Source: Acidobacteriota bacterium (lineage in GTDB: Bacteria > Acidobacteriota > Vicinamibacteria > Vicinamibacterales > Vicinamibacteraceae). Taken from it: 64,000 nt of DNA. The DNA is taken from positions 8,904-72,903 of the forward strand of contig JAEZCY010000374.1 in assembly GCA_023429845.1 (NCBI GenBank). Direction: 5' to 3'. Of the stretch, positions 42,431 through 51,882 are shown one piece after another (within the stretch, counting starts at the first letter, position 1; the number at the start of each line of letters is the position of its first letter). A program made the translations under genes and the position numbers. The notes below the pieces were generated by a model, which saw nothing but the letters and a program-made list of their open reading frames with translations, ran no database searches and was not told the origin of the DNA.

Positions 42431-42509
42431 GAAACTGGAAATTGGAACTTGGAAATGTTCAATGCTTCGAGGGGTTCGACGTCGTCGAGCATTTCACATT
42501 TCCAATTGC
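42431..42509. repeat. Heptamer-array inverted repeat element (family C), homologous to 8906-8989
   Basis: GAAACTG GAAATTG GAACTTG GAAATGT TCAATGC ... CGAGCATTTCACATTTCCAATTGC. Confidence 0.7.
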
Positions 42510-42522
42510 GCTGACGCGGCGC

Positions 42523-43488
42523 TCACCGCAATGGCGTCCCGACGAACCCAGCCGCGGCGTTCATGCCCAGCATCTCCGCCCACTTCGGAGACATGGTGCT
42601 CTGGTGCCCGTTGAGCGCCCGGTCGATGCAGAGGCGCGCCATCTTGTCCACGACCATCTCGAAGTAGAACGGCGTGATGCGATCGCGCTCGAAGTCGGGA
42701 GCCGCGTTCAGGAAATCGATCGCGTACGGCACGTCGTCCTGGATGGCGAACTCGATGGTGTTCATCTCGTACCCGAGCGCCTCGTTGATCGTCTGCGCAT
42801 CCTTGACGACGCGCGCGCCGAGCTCAGGCGAGAGGTACTCGTGGTCGATCAGGTACTGCCGCGCGTGCGGGTCGTACACCACCGGCACGATGTCGTGCTT
42901 GCCGAACGTGAAGCACCGCACGTACTTGTCGAAGTGGATGAACTGCTGCAGCGTCATGCAGTACGGCCCGGTGCCGTCATAGGCCGCGAGCAGTTCCTCG
43001 CGCGAGTGCACCTTGTACACGTGCTTCCACCCGCCGCCGGAGTAGGGCTTCAGGATCGCCGGACGTCCGACGTAATCGAGCAGGCCGTCCCAGTCGAGGG
43101 GGTACCCCAGGTTGCGCAACGACGCGGGCTGGATGTCCACGTCGTGCGGGTAGGCCTTCTGCGGCAGCAGCACGGTGCGCGGAATGGCGACGCCGAGGCG
43201 GGCCATGAGCGCGTAGTTGAAGAACTTGTCGTCGGCGGTCCACCAGAACGGGTTGTTGATCACGTACGTCCCGTTGAGCACCGCGAGCTTCAGGAACGCC
43301 CGGTAGTAGTCCACCTCGTGGGAGATGCGATCGAGGATGACCGTGTACCGCTGCGGTTCGTCCATGGCCGTGCCGTTGAGCGTCACGTACTCCGCCGTGA
43401 TGCCGTGCGGCTGCCCGAGCTGATTCACCCGATCGATGAAGGCAGGTGGGAAGCTGTACTCCCGGCCAACGAGCAACCCGATCTTCAT
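42523..43488 (-). CDS. RimK/glutathione synthetase-like ATP-grasp ligase
   Basis: ILDRISHE, VINNPFWWTADDKF, ILKPYSGGGWKHVY, LQQFI and NTIEFA...AIDFLNAAPD. Confidence 0.88.
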   Translation of the reverse strand: MKIGLLVGREYSFPPAFIDRVNQLGQPHGITAEYVTLNGTAMDEPQRYTVILDRISHEVDYYRAFLKLAVLNGTYVINNPFWWTADDKFFNYALMARLGVAIPRTVLLPQKAYPHDVDIQPASLRNLGYPLDWDGLLDYVGRPAILKPYSGGGWKHVYKVHSREELLAAYDGTGPYCMTLQQFIHFDKYVRCFTFGKHDIVPVVYDPHARQYLIDHEYLSPELGARVVKDAQTINEALGYEMNTIEFAIQDDVPYAIDFLNAAPDFERDRITPFYFEMVVDKMARLCIDRALNGHQSTMSPKWAEMLGMNAAAGFVGTPLR

Positions 43489-43513
43489 GTGTGCAGGTCT
43501 CCGAAAGGCCGGC

Positions 43514-43519
43514 AGTCTA
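43514..43519 (-). promoter_or_regulatory. Putative -10 box (TAGACT) for the ATP-grasp pair
   Basis: Minus strand TAGACT about 25 nt upstream of ATG 43488, with a GGAGA SD between them. Confidence 0.4.
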
Positions 43520-43551
43520 CCAGACGCAGAAGGAGGACGACGAAAGTGGAA

Positions 43552-43704
43552 GAACTGCGAGGAAGGCGGGCCGCGGTGGTGGCCCTCGCTCGCGCCAACA
43601 GGACGTCAGCGCATTACCGAAGAGTATCCAGCGGGCCGGCAGCCCGGGGTCAAGCGTGCTCGCTAACGGTCGGGCCCTCCCTCCCTTCCGCCGGCTCGCA
43701 CTCC
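43552..43704 (-). ncRNA. Candidate structured non-coding RNA (class unassigned)
   Basis: Terminal helix UGCGAG/CUCGCA (43695-43700 with 43556-43561) and internal GCCGGCGG/CUGCCGGC pairing. Lies in a 348-nt intergenic gap with non-coding-like codon usage. Strand inferred. Confidence 0.45.
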
Positions 43705-43836
43705 TGACCCCGGGTCACCGTCCACTGGACGACCCTTCTATCCTCCCATAACGACACATTCGGCGAAACCGAACACTGGTTCGCTGCGTCCCGCACGCGG
43801 CCCTGCGGACCGGGGAGCGAACGCTACACTAAGGGC

Positions 43837-45432
43837 GTGCCGATCGTCGCTCGTGTTCCCCGCGGAGACATCTCGTCAGATCTCTTCGACCGTTCGCCCG
43901 AATCCATCGCCGCCCACCTCGAAGACGCGGCCCATTATCCGGGTGGGCATGCCGAGGCGGTCGCACGCCCGCGCACCGAAGCAGACGTTGCCGCCGTCCT
44001 TGCCGAAGGCCGGTCCGTCCTGCCGGTGGGTGTGCAGTCGTCGCTCACGGGCGGTGCCACGCCGACGGGATCAATCGTGCTGTCCACGGCGCGCCTGACC
44101 GACATCGGCGTGCCCGCGGACGGCCGGGTGCGCGTCGGCGCAGGTGTGGTGCTGGCCGCGCTGCAGGAGTCGCTGGCCGGACACGGCGTCGAGTTTCCCC
44201 CGGTGCCGACCTACATGGGCGCGACGGTCGGCGGCATCATCGCCACCAACGCAGCCGGCGCCGCGACCTTCAAGTACGGCACGACGCGCGACTGGGTGCT
44301 CGGCTTGACGGTGGTGCTCGCCGGCGGCGACGTGGTCGACGTCGTGCGGGGCGAGCACGTGCTCGACCCCACGGGGACATTCGTCATCGACGGCCCCGGC
44401 GGCCACCGCGTCGTGCCCGTCCCGACCTACGTGATGCCCGACGTCGTCAAGCGCTCCGCCGGCTATCACGCCGCCCCCGGCATGGACCTGGTGGACCTGT
44501 TCGTCGGCGCGGAGGGCACGCTCGGCGTAATCGTCGCGGCCGTGCTGAAGGTGCAACCGGCGCGCGCCGGTCTGTGCTACGCGCTGGTGCCGGTGCCCGA
44601 CGAACCACGCGCCCTTGCGCTCGTCGCCGACCTGCGCGATCGATCGCGCGAGACATGGCGGACGGCCGATCCGCAGGGCATCGACGTGGCCGCCATCGAA
44701 CACATGGACGAGCGGTCGCTGCAGATCCTGCGCGAGGACGGCGCCGACAGGAAGTACGAGGTCTCCTGGCCGCCATCGGCCGGCATACTCCTGCTGGTCC
44801 AGCTGGAGCTGCCGCCGCTCACGCAGTCGGACGCCTACGATCAGATCAGCTGCGCGCTCGACGAGGATGGCCCCGACACTCCGCTGGCGCGATTCTGCCG
44901 CGTGCTCGATGCGCATGGGGTGCTCGAGGACGCCGAGCTCGCACTGCCCGGCGACCGCAAGCGCGCGGAGCAGTTGCTCGGCGTGCGAGAGGCCGTACCG
45001 GCGGGCGTGAATGCGCGCGTCGGCCGGGCCAAGCGCGACGTGGACCCGCGGATTGCCAAGACGGCCGCCGACATGGTGGTGCCGTTCGAGCGCTTCGGCG
45101 AGATGATGACGATCTACCGCGAGGGGTTTGCCCGCCGGGGGCTCGATGTCGCGACGTGGGGCCACGTGTCCGATGGCAACGTGCACCCCAACGTGCTGCC
45201 GCGCAGCTACGACGATGTCGAGGCCGGCAAGGCCGCGATCATCGACTTCGGCGTGGAGGTAGCTCGTCTGGGCGGCTGTCCGCTGGCCGAGCACGGCGTG
45301 GGTCGCCATCCGGTGAAGCAGGCGCTGCTGCGCCAGCTGTATGGTGACGCGGGGCTGGAGCAGATGCGGCGGGTGAAACAGGCGCTCGACCCGGACGGCG
45401 TGCTTTCGCCGGGCGTACTGTTCCCGGCCTGA
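43837..45432 (+). CDS. FAD-binding oxidoreductase (GlcD/D-lactate dehydrogenase-like)
   Basis: SSLTGGATP, ATVGGIIATNAAG, LFVGAEGTLG, GHVSDGNVH, AEHGVG and LDPDGVLSPG. Confidence 0.9.
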   Translation: MPIVARVPRGDISSDLFDRSPESIAAHLEDAAHYPGGHAEAVARPRTEADVAAVLAEGRSVLPVGVQSSLTGGATPTGSIVLSTARLTDIGVPADGRVRVGAGVVLAALQESLAGHGVEFPPVPTYMGATVGGIIATNAAGAATFKYGTTRDWVLGLTVVLAGGDVVDVVRGEHVLDPTGTFVIDGPGGHRVVPVPTYVMPDVVKRSAGYHAAPGMDLVDLFVGAEGTLGVIVAAVLKVQPARAGLCYALVPVPDEPRALALVADLRDRSRETWRTADPQGIDVAAIEHMDERSLQILREDGADRKYEVSWPPSAGILLLVQLELPPLTQSDAYDQISCALDEDGPDTPLARFCRVLDAHGVLEDAELALPGDRKRAEQLLGVREAVPAGVNARVGRAKRDVDPRIAKTAADMVVPFERFGEMMTIYREGFARRGLDVATWGHVSDGNVHPNVLPRSYDDVEAGKAAIIDFGVEVARLGGCPLAEHGVGRHPVKQALLRQLYGDAGLEQMRRVKQALDPDGVLSPGVLFPA

Positions 45433-45492
45433 CGACAGGCCAGCGGGCCGGTCGTCGACCGGAGCCAGCATCGATGTGGAAAGGGGCAGCGC

Positions 45493-47313
45493 GTGCGCAA
45501 TCGGTCAATCGTCGCTCTCACGTCAGCGGCCCTCGCCGGGCTGGCCTTTGCCGCCGCTTGTTCGCGCGTGTCGGCGCCGGGCACGACATCGTCCGGCGGC
45601 TCGGCACCCGACGATGCCGCGACCTTCGTGCAGCGGGCGAACGCCACGCTGCTGGAGGACGCCAACGCGCTTTCGCGCGCCCAATGGGTGGCGGCCAACT
45701 TCATCACCATCGACACCGAAGCCATCTCGGCTGGAGCCACGGCCGACTTCGTCGCGTCGTCGATGCGGCTGGCCAAGGAAGCCGCGAACTACCCGGCCGA
45801 GGGCGCCGGCCCGGATGTGGCGCGACAGCTGCTGTTGCTGAAGCTGGCCGCAAGTCCGCTGCCGGCGCCGGCCGACCCTGCCCTCCAACAGGAACTCACG
45901 CGCATCGTCGCCGGCATGGAGGCGGTGTACGGACGGGGCCGCCACTGCCCGCCTGGCAAGCCGTGCCAGACGCTCGACGACCTGACGCGGTTGATGGCAA
46001 CCAGCCGTGACCCGAAGGCGCTGCTCGAGGCCTGGGAGGGCTGGCACGCCATCGCGCCCCCCTTGCAGCAGCCGTATCAGCGCTTCGTCGAGCTCGGCAA
46101 CCAGGGCGCGAAGGAACTGGGGTTTGCCGATCTCGGCGCCTTCTGGCGCGCCGGGTACGACATGCCTCCCGACGACTTCGCGGGAGAGGTCGATCGCCTG
46201 TGGACGCAGGTGAAGCCGCTGTACGACCTGCTGCATGCGCACGTGCGCCGTCGGCTCGGCGCGCAGTACGGCACCGACGTCGTTCCTCAGGACGGCCCGA
46301 TTCCCGCGCACCTGCTCGGCAACATGTGGGCGCAGCAGTGGGGCAACGTCTACGCGCTCGTCGGGCCGCCCGGCCGCGAGGCGGGCTACGACCTCACCTC
46401 GCTGCTGCGCGCGAGGAAGACCGACGCGCGCGGCATGGTGAAGTACGGCGAGGCGTTCTTCACGTCGCTGGGCTTTGCCCCGCTGCCGCAGACGTTCTGG
46501 GAACGTTCGCTGTTCACGCGTCCGCAGGACAGGGATGTCGTATGCCATGCGAGCGCGTGGAACATCGACAACGTCGACGACCTGCGCATCAAGATGTGCA
46601 TCGAGATCCGCGACGAGGACTTCGTCACGGTGCACCACGAGCTCGGGCACAATTTCTACCAGCGCGCCTACAACACGCTGCCGCTCCTCTATCGCAACGG
46701 CGCCAACGACGGTTTCCACGAGGCGATCGGCGACGCCGTGGCGCTCTCGATCACGCCGGCGTACCTGGTCAGAATCGGCCTGCTGCAGGCCGAGCCGAAG
46801 GGACAGGACGATGTGGAGTTCCTCCTGCGGATGGCGCTCGACAAGGTGGCATTCCTGCCGTTCGGGCTGCTCGTCGACCAGTGGCGGTGGAAGGTCTTCA
46901 ACGGCGAGATCCCCCCGGAGCGCTACAACGACGCGTGGTGGGAACTGCGGGAGAAGTACCAGGGCGTCAAGGCGCCAGGCGCGCGGCCTGCGGACGCTTT
47001 CGACCCGGGCGCGAAGTACCACGTGCCGGCGAACACGCCCTACACCCGCTACTTCCTCGCGCACATCCTGCAGTTCCAGATGCATAGGGCGATGTGCAAG
47101 GCGGCCGGGCACACCGGGCCGCTGCACACCTGCTCGATCTACGGCAACGAGGAGGTCGGGGCGCGCCTGCAGAAGATGCTGGAGATGGGTGCGAGCAAGC
47201 CGTGGCCCGATGCGCTCGAGGCGCTCACGGGAGAGCGACAGATGGACGCGACGGCCATCCTCGACTACTTCGCGCCGCTGCGCGGCTGGCTGGAGGCGGA
47301 AGCGCGCCGCTAG
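45493..47313 (+). CDS. M2 family peptidyl-dipeptidase (ACE-like), probable lipoprotein
   Basis: Lipobox-like AFAAAC, PAHLLGNMWAQ, CHASAW, HHELGH (HExxH), GFHEAIGD and KYHVPANTPY. Confidence 0.95.
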   Translation: MRNRSIVALTSAALAGLAFAAACSRVSAPGTTSSGGSAPDDAATFVQRANATLLEDANALSRAQWVAANFITIDTEAISAGATADFVASSMRLAKEAANYPAEGAGPDVARQLLLLKLAASPLPAPADPALQQELTRIVAGMEAVYGRGRHCPPGKPCQTLDDLTRLMATSRDPKALLEAWEGWHAIAPPLQQPYQRFVELGNQGAKELGFADLGAFWRAGYDMPPDDFAGEVDRLWTQVKPLYDLLHAHVRRRLGAQYGTDVVPQDGPIPAHLLGNMWAQQWGNVYALVGPPGREAGYDLTSLLRARKTDARGMVKYGEAFFTSLGFAPLPQTFWERSLFTRPQDRDVVCHASAWNIDNVDDLRIKMCIEIRDEDFVTVHHELGHNFYQRAYNTLPLLYRNGANDGFHEAIGDAVALSITPAYLVRIGLLQAEPKGQDDVEFLLRMALDKVAFLPFGLLVDQWRWKVFNGEIPPERYNDAWWELREKYQGVKAPGARPADAFDPGAKYHVPANTPYTRYFLAHILQFQMHRAMCKAAGHTGPLHTCSIYGNEEVGARLQKMLEMGASKPWPDALEALTGERQMDATAILDYFAPLRGWLEAEARR

Positions 47314-47328
47314 GTCGTCGGCCCTCCG

Positions 47329-48072
47329 CTACGGCGGCGGACGCATCGCGTCGAGGCGATTGGTCGCGACCATGACGTCGCGCTGCAGCCGCCTCACCAT
47401 GTCGGCGACGAGGTCGCGGCCGCGCGTGGCCTCGCGGTCCACCATGGTCTTCAGTTCCCAGAGCGGCGTGCTCGTCAGCGCCGCGAAATCCGCGTCGACT
47501 CGCGCCAGGTGCTCCTCGCACTCGGCGATGCGCCGTTGCAGGCGCAACCGCGTAGCCTCAGGGGTGCCGCCGCGGACCGCTTCGGGGCTGCGCTCCCACA
47601 GCTCGAGGATCCAACGGAGCTGCTCCTCGTCTCCGAGTGCGTACGCACGGTTGGCCTCGATCATCAGGGCGTGGCGTCGGTCGCGCGCTCGTTCGTCGTC
47701 GGCAAGGTCGGGATGGATGGCCTTGGCGACGTCGCGGAACAGTCGCCGCACGGCGTCCGACGTGAACCGCGCTGGTGGCGGCGGAGCGCTCGAACGCGTC
47801 GTGTCACCCGTATCGTCGTCGTCCGCGGCCTCGTCCAGCTTCTTCGACAGTTCGCCCAGTTCGGCGTCGGCGATGGCCAGTTCGAGCTCGTCGAGCTGAT
47901 CGTGCAGCCGCCCGACTTCGTGCGAGTACCGTAGCCGGAACGCCTCGAGCGACGTCCTCGCGCTGTCGATCTCGCCCGCCCGCGCGCGCAGCCGTGCTTC
48001 GAGCTCGGTGGCGCGTGCGTGCAGCATCTCGAGGCTGTCGTGGGGCGAACCGGTGGGGACGAGCGAGGTCAC
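47329..48072 (-). CDS. Coiled-coil protein with internal J-domain-like region
   Basis: VRRLFRDVAKAIHPDL (HPD motif)...MIEANRAY, flanked by heptad-rich helices. Confidence 0.8.
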   Translation of the reverse strand: MTSLVPTGSPHDSLEMLHARATELEARLRARAGEIDSARTSLEAFRLRYSHEVGRLHDQLDELELAIADAELGELSKKLDEAADDDDTGDTTRSSAPPPPARFTSDAVRRLFRDVAKAIHPDLADDERARDRRHALMIEANRAYALGDEEQLRWILELWERSPEAVRGGTPEATRLRLQRRIAECEEHLARVDADFAALTSTPLWELKTMVDREATRGRDLVADMVRRLQRDVMVATNRLDAMRPPP

Positions 48073-48081
48073 TGCGGGGTA

Positions 48082-49458
48082 TCAGGCAAAGAACGTGTAG
48101 TACGGCTCGCCACGTGCCAGGCGCCGGATGTACAGCGCGAGCTCGCGGACGTGATAGTCGCCCCACATGCAGGACTCGCCGCACGGCACGCGCCGGCCCT
48201 CCGGCACGTGGTCCCATCCGTTCGGGCGGTGGTAGACGGCATGGAGCAGCAGCCCCTGATGGCGGCTCGACGTGGCCAGGTACGGCTCGTCGAAGAGCGT
48301 GCGAGCGGTCGTGAGTCCGGCGGCGGCGTAGCGTTCTCCCGCGCCCGCATCCCCACTGGAAGACAGGACGCGTCCCAGTCGGATGAGGCCCTGCGCAGCA
48401 ATCGCCGCGGCGGAGCTGTCCACCGGTTCATGGTCGTTGAACGGATCGGCAGGACGGTCCAGGTAGTCGCCCATCTTCGCGAGCCCGGGCGCCCCCGTGT
48501 CCCAGTAAGGGATCCCGTCCGTCGGCGTGAACGCGATGTAGAAGTCGGCTGTGGCGCAGGCCGCTGCGAGGTACCTGGCGGTGACCGCCGCCTTGCCGCC
48601 GAAGGACTCGAACTCCGCGTCCGGAACGGTGGCGAGGAACTCCAGTTCCTCGGCGTAGCCGGTGAGCACCCAGGAGAGGCCGCGGGTCCAGGTAGTGAAG
48701 GGCGAGTAGCCCTGCTGGCTCGAGGCACAGCGGTAGGAGCCGTCCTTCACGTTGAAGATCGACTCGTGTGCGACGCGGCCGCGGACGTCGTACGCATCGC
48801 GGCCCTCGCCGAAGTAGACGTTGAACCGCGCGTTGGCATCGGCGTGCCGGATCAATCGCTCCAGGAGCGAGATGCGGCGGTCCCGCTCACCCATCAGCGC
48901 GTGGCCGAGGGCGTGGCCCACTGCCAGCGATCGGAGCGACCGCATCGTGTCGGCAAACAGCGAGTGCGGACCGTTGAACGAGTGGATGTAGCCGAGGTCG
49001 TCCGGCAGCTCCGTCCAGCGCGCGGCCTGCACCGCGCCCGAGACCTTCAACGCGAGCTCGTAGAAGGCGATCTCCCACGCAGCGGCATCCGTGCGCCCCT
49101 CGCGCGCCAGGCGCAGGAGGTTGCCGTATGTCGAGACGTTGTTGAACCCGTGGTCGTGGACGCCCACGTGGCTCACGTGGCTGGCCATGTGGCGCACGGT
49201 GTTCTGCCGGCCGATCTCGAGCATCCGCGCGTCGCCGGTGGCATCGAACTGCAGGATGGCCGATCCGAACTGGAACCCCTGCGTCCATTCGGTCCAGCCT
49301 CGCGACGTGTAGCGGCCGTCCACGGTGAACACGGGCGTGCCGTCTTCCGGCTTCCAGGTGCGTTCGACAGCCGCGATCTTGGCAGCGGACAGATCGAAGA
49401 CCCTGTCGATGGCGGGGAGGAGCGCCTGCGGCGTGAGCGTTGTGTCGATGCCGATCAT
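48082..49458 (-). CDS. Glycoside hydrolase family 88-like protein
   Basis: WTEWTQGF, HDHGF, SLFADTM, TWTRGLSW, GIPYWD, DSSAAAIAA and MWGDY. No signal peptide. Confidence 0.8.
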   Translation of the reverse strand: MIGIDTTLTPQALLPAIDRVFDLSAAKIAAVERTWKPEDGTPVFTVDGRYTSRGWTEWTQGFQFGSAILQFDATGDARMLEIGRQNTVRHMASHVSHVGVHDHGFNNVSTYGNLLRLAREGRTDAAAWEIAFYELALKVSGAVQAARWTELPDDLGYIHSFNGPHSLFADTMRSLRSLAVGHALGHALMGERDRRISLLERLIRHADANARFNVYFGEGRDAYDVRGRVAHESIFNVKDGSYRCASSQQGYSPFTTWTRGLSWVLTGYAEELEFLATVPDAEFESFGGKAAVTARYLAAACATADFYIAFTPTDGIPYWDTGAPGLAKMGDYLDRPADPFNDHEPVDSSAAAIAAQGLIRLGRVLSSSGDAGAGERYAAAGLTTARTLFDEPYLATSSRHQGLLLHAVYHRPNGWDHVPEGRRVPCGESCMWGDYHVRELALYIRRLARGEPYYTFFA

Positions 49459-49523
49459 GGATGCTGTGCAGGCGTCTCGATCTCGCGACCGGCGGCCTTC
49501 AAGGAACAGGCGGGCCGTGTCCG

Positions 49524-50309
49524 CTACAGACGCCGGATGTGGAAGCCGCCTTCGAGGTGGATGCCGTCCCCCGTCGTGAACGGGAAGTTGCCGGCGAGGA
49601 ACGCGCGCACGGCGCGACCGACGTCCTCGGCGGTACCCCAGCGGCGCTGCGGCACGAGACCCTGCGCCATCAGCGCGTCGTACTTGTCCTTCACGCCGGC
49701 CGTCATGTCGGTGGCCATGATGCCGGGCCGCAACTCGATCACCTGCACGCCGTGCTCGGCCAGGCGCGCCGCCCACAACTGCGACGTCATGGCGAGGCCG
49801 GCCTTGGAGATGCAGTACTCGCCCCGATTGAGCGACACGGTATCGGCGGAAATCGAGGTCACGAACACGACCTTGAAGCCGCCGGGCAACGCGGAGTCGT
49901 GCGGGCGCGCCAGCCAGTAGTTGGCAACTGCCTGCGTCAGGAAGTACGGACCCTGCAGGTTCACACGGAGGACTTCCTCGAACGAGGCCTCCGTCGCCTC
50001 GGTGATGTCCGCGCGTACCCGCGGCGCGATCCCGGCGTTGTTCACGAGCGCGTCGATTCGGCCGAAGGCATCGAGCGTCGCCGCCACGAGCGCCGTGCGG
50101 TCCTCGGTCAACCCGATGTCGCCGCGCACGGGCACGAATCGCTGCGCGGCACCCTGCGCGGCTTGCGCGCAGAGCGTCGCGGTCTCTTCGGCCGCTGTCG
50201 CGTTGCTCGCGTAGTTGATCGCCACCGACAGCCCGGCCGCCGCGGCCTCTATCGCGATCCCGCGCCCCAATCCGCGGCTCGCGCCGGTCACCAGCACCAC
50301 TGGCGTCAT
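49524..50309 (-). CDS. Short-chain dehydrogenase/reductase
   Basis: TGASRGLG, LVNNAG, YCISK catalytic motif and PGIMATDM. Confidence 0.92.
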   Translation of the reverse strand: MTPVVLVTGASRGLGRGIAIEAAAAGLSVAINYASNATAAEETATLCAQAAQGAAQRFVPVRGDIGLTEDRTALVAATLDAFGRIDALVNNAGIAPRVRADITEATEASFEEVLRVNLQGPYFLTQAVANYWLARPHDSALPGGFKVVFVTSISADTVSLNRGEYCISKAGLAMTSQLWAARLAEHGVQVIELRPGIMATDMTAGVKDKYDALMAQGLVPQRRWGTAEDVGRAVRAFLAGNFPFTTGDGIHLEGGFHIRRL

Positions 50310-50315
50310 CCGGCG

Positions 50316-50321
50316 ATTCTA
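50316..50321 (-). promoter_or_regulatory. Putative -10 box TAGAAT, 6 nt before the SDR ATG (leaderless promoter)
   Basis: Minus strand TAGAAT-CGCCGG-ATG, no SD. Confidence 0.55.
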
Positions 50322-50322
50322 C

Positions 50323-51882
50323 TCACGTTGCGTCCACCGCGCGGTCGCCATGGCCGAGGCCGGTCTCGCGGGCCAGTACGTCGAGCGTGCGCGCGTACAG
50401 GTCCTGCACTTCCTCCGGGCTGCTGGCGATAACGGTAAGCCCGAGCTTCCCGTACTCGGACAGTGCGCCGATCAGGTGGAAGAGCACGCCCGATTCGGTG
50501 CGGTGGCTGTAGTGCAGTTCGTTGTCGGTGACGATGTCGATCAGATCCTCCGGGAGCACGCCGCGATAGGTGGCGGCGCGAAGGTTGTCGGTCGCCAGGT
50601 AGTACTTCGGACGGCCACTGAAGGAGACGAACATCCCCGTGTCGGCGTCGAGCGTCCCGCCGGTGAGGAACTGCAACGCCAGAAAGGGGTGCGTGGTGCC
50701 GAGCACGCGCAGGTTGATCTCGAGCGCCACCAGCTGCCAGGGCTCGTCGGGCCGCTCCCTGAACGCGAGGAAGTCGACACCGAAGCGGCTCACGACGCCC
50801 TTGCGCGCCAGCACCTCGCCGATCCGGATGCTGCGCTCCTGGATCGCCATGCGGTAGTCGTCGCGCGCCGGGAAGCTGCAGCCCTGGTAGATCTGACCTG
50901 AGGGGCCGCCGAGGATCTGATCGTGCGTGGAGGTCGGCAGCACCTCGCCCGTGGGGCTGGTGCGCAGCTGTGCCGACGGCGAGACCTTGATCGCCGCATC
51001 GATGAACTCCTCGACGATGCCGCCCATCCGCGTGAACTTCTGGAAGTAGTTCTGGTGAGTCTCCCAGGGCACGGCGAACTCGAGCGCTCGCAGCGCCTTG
51101 CGGATCGCCAGCCGATCGTCGGGCTGCTCGGGGTACCGGAAGATGGCGTTCCCTTCCCCGGAGAAGCTGTCGTTCAACTTGACGACCGCCCTGGACAGGC
51201 CCGGACGGCGATGCGCGAGTTCTATCAGCGCGTCTTCGACATCAGCTTCACCCGTCAGATCCTCGAGCCCCGCCGGGAGCTCGACGCCCGCCTCGCGAAA
51301 GACCTTCCGGCTCCCCGACTTGGTTCCGAGGTGGTTCAGCTCAGGATCCAGCCCGTTCAACGGAATGCCGAGGAGCACGGCGAGCCGGCGCTCGAGCGGC
51401 GTCGAGTTGAACACCGTCAGGTAGGCGCGCGCCGGGTCCGGGATGGCGTCCCTGATCCGCTCGATCAGCCGCGGCCGTTCCAGGATCTTCTGCGTGAGGG
51501 CCCGCGGCGACGCATCGTGCGCGCACAGCATCGTCAGTCTGGCGCGAGCGTGGCTGGCCGGGATTCCCGCGAGCAGGTGCAGGTAGTAGTCGAGGATCAG
51601 CGGGTGCACCGGCTGCGATGTGACGTACACGACGTGGGCGCGCGGATTCCGGAGGCGGATCAGGAGGAACAGCATCCGCTCCTCGTAGAACGTCGCGCCA
51701 TCGAGCTTGCGGAGCTCGTCCTGGTCGAGCGTCAGCGACGGCACGACCACCGACGTCCCCGGCTGGTCGGCTGTGCGCATCAGCACGTCCCACACCTGGT
51801 TCAGGCGCGGCTTGAGCTCCTCGAAGCGGCGAAGCTCCTCGTCGCGCCCGAGCGTGACGGCGTACGGCGGCTGGGGGATCAC
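50323..51882 (-). CDS. PGM1 (pheganomycin ligase)/IQCH-related ATP-grasp peptide ligase
   Basis: VVVPSLTLD, YEERMLFLL, VVYVTSQP, GTKSGSRKVF, VVKLNDSFSGEGNA, SPSAQ, FGVDF, EINLR and YYLATDN. Confidence 0.85.
   Translation of the reverse strand: MIPQPPYAVTLGRDEELRRFEELKPRLNQVWDVLMRTADQPGTSVVVPSLTLDQDELRKLDGATFYEERMLFLLIRLRNPRAHVVYVTSQPVHPLILDYYLHLLAGIPASHARARLTMLCAHDASPRALTQKILERPRLIERIRDAIPDPARAYLTVFNSTPLERRLAVLLGIPLNGLDPELNHLGTKSGSRKVFREAGVELPAGLEDLTGEADVEDALIELAHRRPGLSRAVVKLNDSFSGEGNAIFRYPEQPDDRLAIRKALRALEFAVPWETHQNYFQKFTRMGGIVEEFIDAAIKVSPSAQLRTSPTGEVLPTSTHDQILGGPSGQIYQGCSFPARDDYRMAIQERSIRIGEVLARKGVVSRFGVDFLAFRERPDEPWQLVALEINLRVLGTTHPFLALQFLTGGTLDADTGMFVSFSGRPKYYLATDNLRAATYRGVLPEDLIDIVTDNELHYSHRTESGVLFHLIGALSEYGKLGLTVIASSPEEVQDLYARTLDVLARETGLGHGDRAVDAT

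Noticed and set aside
43546..43707. 53-aa plus-strand ORF (VEELRGRRAAVV...) after AAGGAGG as a precursor peptide for the ATP-grasp ligases
   Set aside because: Codon usage is atypical (many A/T-ending codons), there is no repeated core motif, and the interval is better explained by RNA-like pairing. Not fully excluded.
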